Source: the human T2T-CHM13v2.0 reference genome, Homo sapiens. From it: 64,000 nt of DNA. The stretch is taken from NCBI RefSeq assembly GCF_009914755.1, contig NC_060947.1. One strand, given 5' to 3'. How positions within the stretch are numbered: position 1 is the stretch's first letter; each line of letters opens with the position of its first letter. Below are positions 57,860 to 64,000 of the stretch, piece by piece. Both the position numbers and the translations under genes were made by a program. The notes beneath the pieces were generated by a model. That model saw nothing but the letters and a program-made list of their open reading frames with translations, was not told the DNA's origin and ran no database searches.

Positions 57860-59331
57860 TTACCTCAAATTCTTCTCCCATTTTCTCTTGAATCCATTTC
57901 CATTAGGTTTGCTCTACCTAAACTGCTCTTGTAGAGGTCAACAATGATCTCCACGGTGCCAATTCCAATGCTTAATTTTTTGTGCCTATCTAACTTAACC
58001 AATCAGCAGCAATTGGCACAAATGATCACTCCTTCAGTGTTACTCTTGCTTCACTGGCTTCCGGGATCCAGCATTCTCTTGGTTGTGCTCCTACCTCCTT
58101 GTTTGCTCCTTTTTAGTCTCCTTTGTTGGTTCCTCCTTTTTTCCCCAAGCTCCTAATTGGGGATGTTCCAGAGTTTATTCCTTGGTCATGCTCTGCTCTA
58201 GGTATATTCACTCCCTTGGTGATTTCATCCAATCTCAAGGCTTTAATACAATTTGGTATCATGGCTTTAAATACCATCTACATGCTGATGGCATCCACAT
58301 TCACCTATCTTCTGAACCCTATACTCACACATGTATCCAACTGCCTACTTGGTATTGCCACTTGATATCTAATAGACATCCCAAACTTAACTGGTTCTAA
58401 AACTGAACTTCTACTCTTGTCCCTAAACCTACCCTATCTCCAGTCTTTCTCATCTCAGTAGATGGCAACTCCACCCTTCCAGTTGCTCAAGCCCAAATCT
58501 TGAGAGTCATCTTAACTCCTCACTTCTTTCATACTTCATATCCAGTTTGTCAGGGAATCCCACTGGCCCTACCCTCAAAATAATTCCAGGATCCACTAAT
58601 TAATTTCATCACTTCCACTGCGCTCACCCAGATCTGAGCCACCAAAACTTTTCTCTTGGACTACTGCAGTAGCTTCTTACCCAGTCTTAATTTCCACCAC
58701 TGCCATCTATAGTCTGCCCTCAACACTACACTGGAATGATTCTTTTAAGAAGAAAATCAGCTCAAGTCACTTCTCTGCTCAAATTTTCTAATGGCCCCCT
58801 TATCACTCAAAGTCAAAAGCATCCTTAAACAGTCTGTAGAGCCCTGTGTACCCAGTCCCCCATACACTCTCATCTCCTCTCTGTGTGCTCTGCTCTTTAC
58901 TCATCTACTCCATCCATGTCGGCCTCCCGGATGCTCCTTGCACATCCCAAGCACACTTCTTGCTCAGGGCCTTTACACCGACTGTTCCTTTTGCCTGGAG
59001 CACATTTCCTCTCCTCAGTAAAGTCCATCAAGACCACACTATTTAAAATTGCAACCAGGAATGTTCCTCAGCCCCATACTCCCAATCTGCCTTTATTCTT
59101 TCCACAGCAACTTAATACCTTCTTTATTTTTTTCACAGTACTTAACATCTTGTAAATACTTCATAATTTACTTATGTATTAATTGATGGTCCACCTCCCA
59201 GAACTAGAATATAAGTTCCACGATGGCAGGCCTTGGTGTCTATTTTGTTCACTGATGTATCACAAACACCCAGAACACTGCTTGGCACACAGCAGGGATT
59301 CAAGAACTAGTTATTCACTAAGATAATGAAT
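57860..59331 (+). mobile_element. L2 (~1.5 kb), RT remnant through 3' tail
   Basis: aaactgctcttgtagaggtcaacaatgatctcc; ggctttaaataccatctacatgctgatg (YADD-type remnant); cagggcctttacac; ggcacacagcagg tail. Confidence 0.85.
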
Positions 59332-59844
59332 GGCTCATCCAGGGCTATACACCTACTAAAAACCTCAAATATATCTAGAGCTATAGAGTCTTATGGTTGG
59401 AACACACATGAAGGCTTATTTTTATTAATGGGGAAACATTTTTAAAAGAAGAAAAAAAATGACTGGTGGGGACAGCAGATGGACAATATCTGTAACAAGA
59501 CAGAGATGAAGATTAAACCATGAATTTTTGGATGCTATATGGTTATGACTGGCACAAGTCTGGTATAATAACCCTCCTGGTGAGAAGTCATCTGTCTCTT
59601 CTATCCATGATTAAGAACTGGATGAGTGAACATTTATTCTATTTGCTCACTTCTTCATCCATTCCTTCTCTTCTTAGACAAACTATTGATCCCCAAATAT
59701 ATAGCCAGCACTAACTCTTATGGAAGCAATAAAGCTGGCCCCTGCCCTCAAGGAGCTCTTGGTCTAAAAGGAGCCCACAAATTACATAAACAAGTCATTA
59801 AGATGCACTGTTATATGTATAGGTTCTGTCGAAAGACAGGTAAA

Positions 59845-60085
59845 TTCCAGAAGTCAGATTTCCCTGGGTTCAGTTCCTAGTTCAGCTAAAAATTAGCTGT
59901 GTCACCTTGAGGAAGTTGTATGGCCTCTCTGAGCCTCAGTTTTCTCATGTAAAAAATGGGTACAATAACATTATCTACTTTCCAAGGATTTGATGATTAA
60001 ATTAGATTAAGTATTGTAACATAGCACATAGTAACCACTAATGGCTTATTATGAGTAATCAGTAATAGTAGTAATATTATTATTA
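59845..60085 (+). mobile_element. MIR SINE
   Basis: ttagctgtgtcaccttgaggaagttg...ctctctgagcctcagttttctcatgtaaaaaatggg. Confidence 0.8.
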
Positions 60086-60525
60086 GAAATATAATCAACA
60101 GAGTACTGTGGGCACACAAAGAACAGAGTAACTAATTCAGCCTGGTGCAGCAAGAAAGATATTATCCTGGTTCTCCCTCCTCAGACTAGACAATCTGCCC
60201 AGCAGGCTACCGCAGTGATATCTACCCAGATAATAAAGAAGATCTTTATATCCATCAAAAGCTCATATGCTTTAATCTGAAACTATTCCCTCCAATGACT
60301 CATAGATCAGCATTAACCTCATAATAATAGCACCAAGTACATTTTTAATAGCAATATATATATAATCAATGTGTCATGTACAATTCCATGTCTCAATTCA
60401 CAGTTTATTTGTATTTTAAAAAACTATTCTTTGTATGCTTTGTGAAATCATCTTCCTTAGGTTCTTACAGTTTTAAAACCTTGGGTTATTCAAACTCATC
60501 TATAAGTCTCCAGCCGAATGTGCTA

Positions 60526-60539
60526 GTTACTATGGAAAC
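60526..60539. promoter_or_regulatory. RFX X-box motif GTTACTATGGAAAC
   Basis: Full match to GTHNYYATRRNAAC in non-repeat intronic sequence of a ciliary gene; function not shown. Confidence 0.35.
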
Positions 60540-60995
60540 ATGGTCCCTGTGTGAGAAGAGCTTGAGGAAAGTGTATTCCTGGCACAGATTGAGCAGTGGA
60601 CAGAAAGAACAAAATGAGAGACATTTGTGCCTATACTACCATTCTCCAGCCAGGACAACATGAAAAGAACATGGAATACCATCTACAGTCAGTGTTCTGT
60701 GGGCAAGTTTACCCAGTGTAGACAGAAAGAGGGACTAAGTCAACTACTCACAAAGAACGGTTTTCCCCTGGGTTCCAGAAACAACACCCTGGATAATATT
60801 TCATCTTGTTTACTTATAAGAAAAATTCCCTCTCCTTTTACAATAGGGACATTCTTCCTGCCCGCCTCCTTCGGGTGGCTGTCCTTAAAAACAGCAGTTA
60901 GCCATCAAAAGTCCTACCCTGGAACCTCACCTAAACACTGTTCTCGATAAGGGAGGACAGAGTATAAGCTGGCAACCCTCTTATGTGATAAAAAT

Positions 60996-61162
60996 CAGTG
61001 GTTCTCAAACACTGGTGTGTCTCAGAATCCACTGGAAGACTTGAGAAAATTCAGAATGTTGGGCCCCTTCCCCAGAGCTTCTATCTCAGTCAGTCTGGGG
61101 GTGGGGGAGACACAATAATTAGCATTTCTAAAAAGTACAGGGACCACTCCTGAGAAGCATCA
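60996..61162. mobile_element. MER5A
   Basis: cagtggttctcaaac...cagaatccactggaagacttg...gcatttcta...gggaccactcctgagaagca. Confidence 0.75.
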
Positions 61163-61799
61163 AATCTAAAACTTAAAAATAGAACCCTAAAATCCTTAAA
61201 AGTAAAAGATTATTTCTAGAAAGACAAAGGACATCATGTCATAGCAAAGGCAGACTTTAAGACATTCTATATAATTCTTAATCAATTTTTACCACTTTTA
61301 TAGATACAACATAACTACTGTTCTCTCTCCTTCAAATGTGCTACAACAGCACCTGACCCCAATCAATTTTATGAAATTCAGGATGTCTTTTTCTTCTCCT
61401 TCTCCTAGACTTACCACATTCCCTTTATCACTGCTTCTCCCCAGAATCTCCTTATCCATTATTTCCCTCACACAGGACTGTAACCCTTAGCCCACATCCT
61501 ATTCAAGCACCTACAATGTTTCCCCACCACTTTTCCCCTGACTTCTTTCTCCAGGGCCTGCTCTCCCTGCAGAAGCAAAAAGTAGCCGAGGGCAGTGTCT
61601 ACATTCTATATGCATGATTTACAGGCAGGTTTTTCTCCATGTCTATTAGGAATACTTCTGAAAGTCCATCATTTAAAATTATATTCAGCCAAGTGAGAAA
61701 CCTATGGTTACTGAACTCAACCAACCTCTCAAGTGAAAACAACATTAATCACCAAATAACACTTTTAAAAACACGTATAAATCCTTGAAATCTCTATAG

Positions 61800-62133
61800 C
61801 AGGGGTTGGCAAACCACAGTCAGTGAGCCAAATCTACCAGGCCACCTGTTTTTATATGACTTTTGAGATAAGAATGGTTTTTACATTTTGAAACGGTTGG
61901 CAAGATCAAAATAAGAGTAATATTTTGTGATATGTAAAAATTACATGAAACTTGAATGTCAGTGTCCATAAAAAAAGTCTTATTGGAACACAGTCACACA
62001 ATCATTTACATTCTGTCTGTGGTGCTTTCACGCTACAAAGGCAGATCTGAGTGGTTGTGACAGACACCGTATGGCCCACAAGGCCAAAAATATTTCCTAT
62101 CTGACCCTTTAAGAAAGAGCTTGTTAACTCCTA
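61800..62133 (+). mobile_element. MER58B-like hAT-Charlie element
   Basis: caggggttggcaaac terminus; ttattggaacacag; degenerate 8-bp TSD ctctatag / ctctacat. Confidence 0.82.
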
Positions 62134-62428
62134 CTCTACATCTTTCCTATTTTCGGGAGACAGATATATAGATAGATATGGAAAGGCAACATAGACTAGA
62201 GATAATATTACTTTAGGGGCCTCCAGATGATACTTATTAAAATAAGCACTCAGGTAAGAACCTGTTAATACGTGCATGTTAATCAACCTCATTAAAAGCC
62301 TATAATAATGTCTCCCTGGACTTGCAATTAGATGAGCTGCGTGACATCTGTTTCGTCATGAGAACTATGTTATAAACCCCAAACACATTTGGGAAAGATC
62401 AGACTAAAATCATGGTTCCCTCAAGCAC

Positions 62429-62597
62429 CTGTCTTTTTCCATAAACTTCTTGAAGTTCCTCCGATGAGGTGTGGGCTTGAGGTCTATGCAGTTACGGAGA
62501 GAATCCTCTTCAGAACCAAAACCGTTGTAAGGTGGAAATTTCCTTTCTATTTTTGGAGGAGGAGAAGGAGGCTTGCATGAAACTGAGGTAAAGTTCT
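62429..62597 (-). CDS. EFHC2: EFHC2 internal exon (169 nt, phase 1 to 2): NFTSVSCKPPSPPPKIERKFPPYNGFGSEEDSLRNCIDLKPTPHRRNFKKFMEKD(S); inter-DM10 linker
   Basis: Absent from the ORF track, translated by hand. Acceptor ttttgttctAG, donor AG|GTGCTT; PPYNGFG..EDS motif of the EFHC1/EFHC2/Rib72 family; AG+C forms Ser with the next exon. Confidence 0.95.
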
Positions 62598-63806
62598 CTA
62601 GAACAAAACAAAGGCAAACAAAACATCAATATTTTTTTTGCCCTGATTATGGCTGTTTTGAAAGGTTTGTTATGTTTTCAAGATGAACATGGAGATCTTT
62701 GTAGACTATTTTAAACTCTTTCAAACAAAACAGCAAAATCCTGTGAGAGTACTTTTCAATCATGTTTACAAAAACCATGGAACTCACTTAATAATCACCA
62801 TTGGTTCAAAAGTTAAAAAAAAAAAAAAGAATCTATGTCAAATAAGTAAACGTTTATATTTTGTCATCACATTCCCATTTCTGAATATTTTTTGTTCTCC
62901 TCTGATTTTTCCAATAATATGAAAATTCAAACTTGAAACTTTAGGCCACTCGTTCCACATTTTAACCTGTAATTTAGCCCTCTCCTATCTCAGTCAACAC
63001 TCACTAATAAAATTCTTTTCCAAACAGGACTTACTCCTGACTATTCACCTTTATCCTTCCCCATCCACCATCTCCTCCTACTGCACCCTGTATTTGAGTA
63101 CCCTCCATTGCCTCCAAAGTAACTCCAGGTCATAGTACTTCCCTATGTAGTTCAAAAACAAACACCAAAACAGAACTTTCCTCTCACCAGCCACGGCCCC
63201 AGGTAGCTTTTGTTAAGCCCAAGAAAAGACTACAATTGCACTCAAATGCAATGAAGCGAACAAACAAAACAGAAAAAGAAAAAACTTTTAAAATAGCCAA
63301 CTGCCTACTCTCTCCAAGGGAGTGCTACGCGGTAAATACTGTTGATTTTATTTATATACTTATCATCTGTGAGGAAAGAGAGGTGGAGAGAGAGCTGGTA
63401 ACATATTTGTAATAGCCTAGGAGCTTTCAGGTACTCATTTGCGAGGCTGTACAATCTCAGAAGCAACCGTGCTCTCCAGAGCAAGGAACATATTGACCTG
63501 GTCTATCCAAGTCACTGTGTTTGTCCCCAACATAAATGGCAAAAAAAGATGCCACATCTTTCCTAAAACAAAACAAAACAAACTCCCACAGAATCTATTT
63601 TCTACTTCTTCCCCAAGCTTCAGTATGACATAGGTGTTTTCAATCCTGTATGAAAGGAGTTCTACATAAGCAAATATTTCCTTTTCCACTGTCAAAGTTC
63701 CCATAGAGGAAGAGTACAAATTTTAGTGCACACCTCCGGAAGAGAAAATGGAGATCAATTTTTCATCCAAGATAACCTAACTCTTAATATTAAGGTGGTT
63801 GTTTGG

Positions 63807-63840
<34 letters not shown>

Positions 63841-64000
63841 CTGATGATCAAAAGGCTAAGGGCTTGAGGCCACTTCTAACTCTTGTTGAAAACATTTTCA
63901 GCTTTCATATGTCCTTAGACTTCCTAGCAGCCTTTGTGTGAAATTTCCCCAAAAACAATCCCCAAAAGAGTATTGTTACATCCTAACAGAGACTGCTTAC

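Overview
Human (primate) genomic DNA, AT-rich, repeat-dense, no CpG island. The only coding sequence I can support is four consecutive internal exons of EFHC2 on the minus strand (62597-62429, 55755-55613, 52985-52789, 50087-49957). By recollection these are exons 8-11 of the X-linked RIB72/EFHC1-family ciliary microtubule inner protein gene. They have GT-AG boundaries and matching phases, and splice into one open frame covering a linker, a DM10 domain and the start of a degenerate EF-hand. Positions 1-49956 are one very large intron filled with Alu, L1, L2, MIR, ERV1/ERVL/MaLR solo LTRs and DNA transposons, including a deeply nested L1 block at about 20.6-36 kb. Nearly all ORFs in the supplied track are repeat-derived or chance. 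I found no convincing new biological system. The best observations are structural: a probable L1 3' transduction with intact TSDs (47.0-47.36 kb), a ~155-bp diverged direct repeat bracketing an old L1 (38.7-40.1 kb), a template-switch micro-inversion inside an L1 (28.5 kb), a 4 x 62-bp tandem array in an L1 5'UTR, a candidate 13-nt poison microexon (16.78 kb) and two RFX X-box-like motifs. Repeat subfamily names and most repeat boundaries are by eye from remembered consensus sequences and need RepeatMasker/Dfam confirmation.
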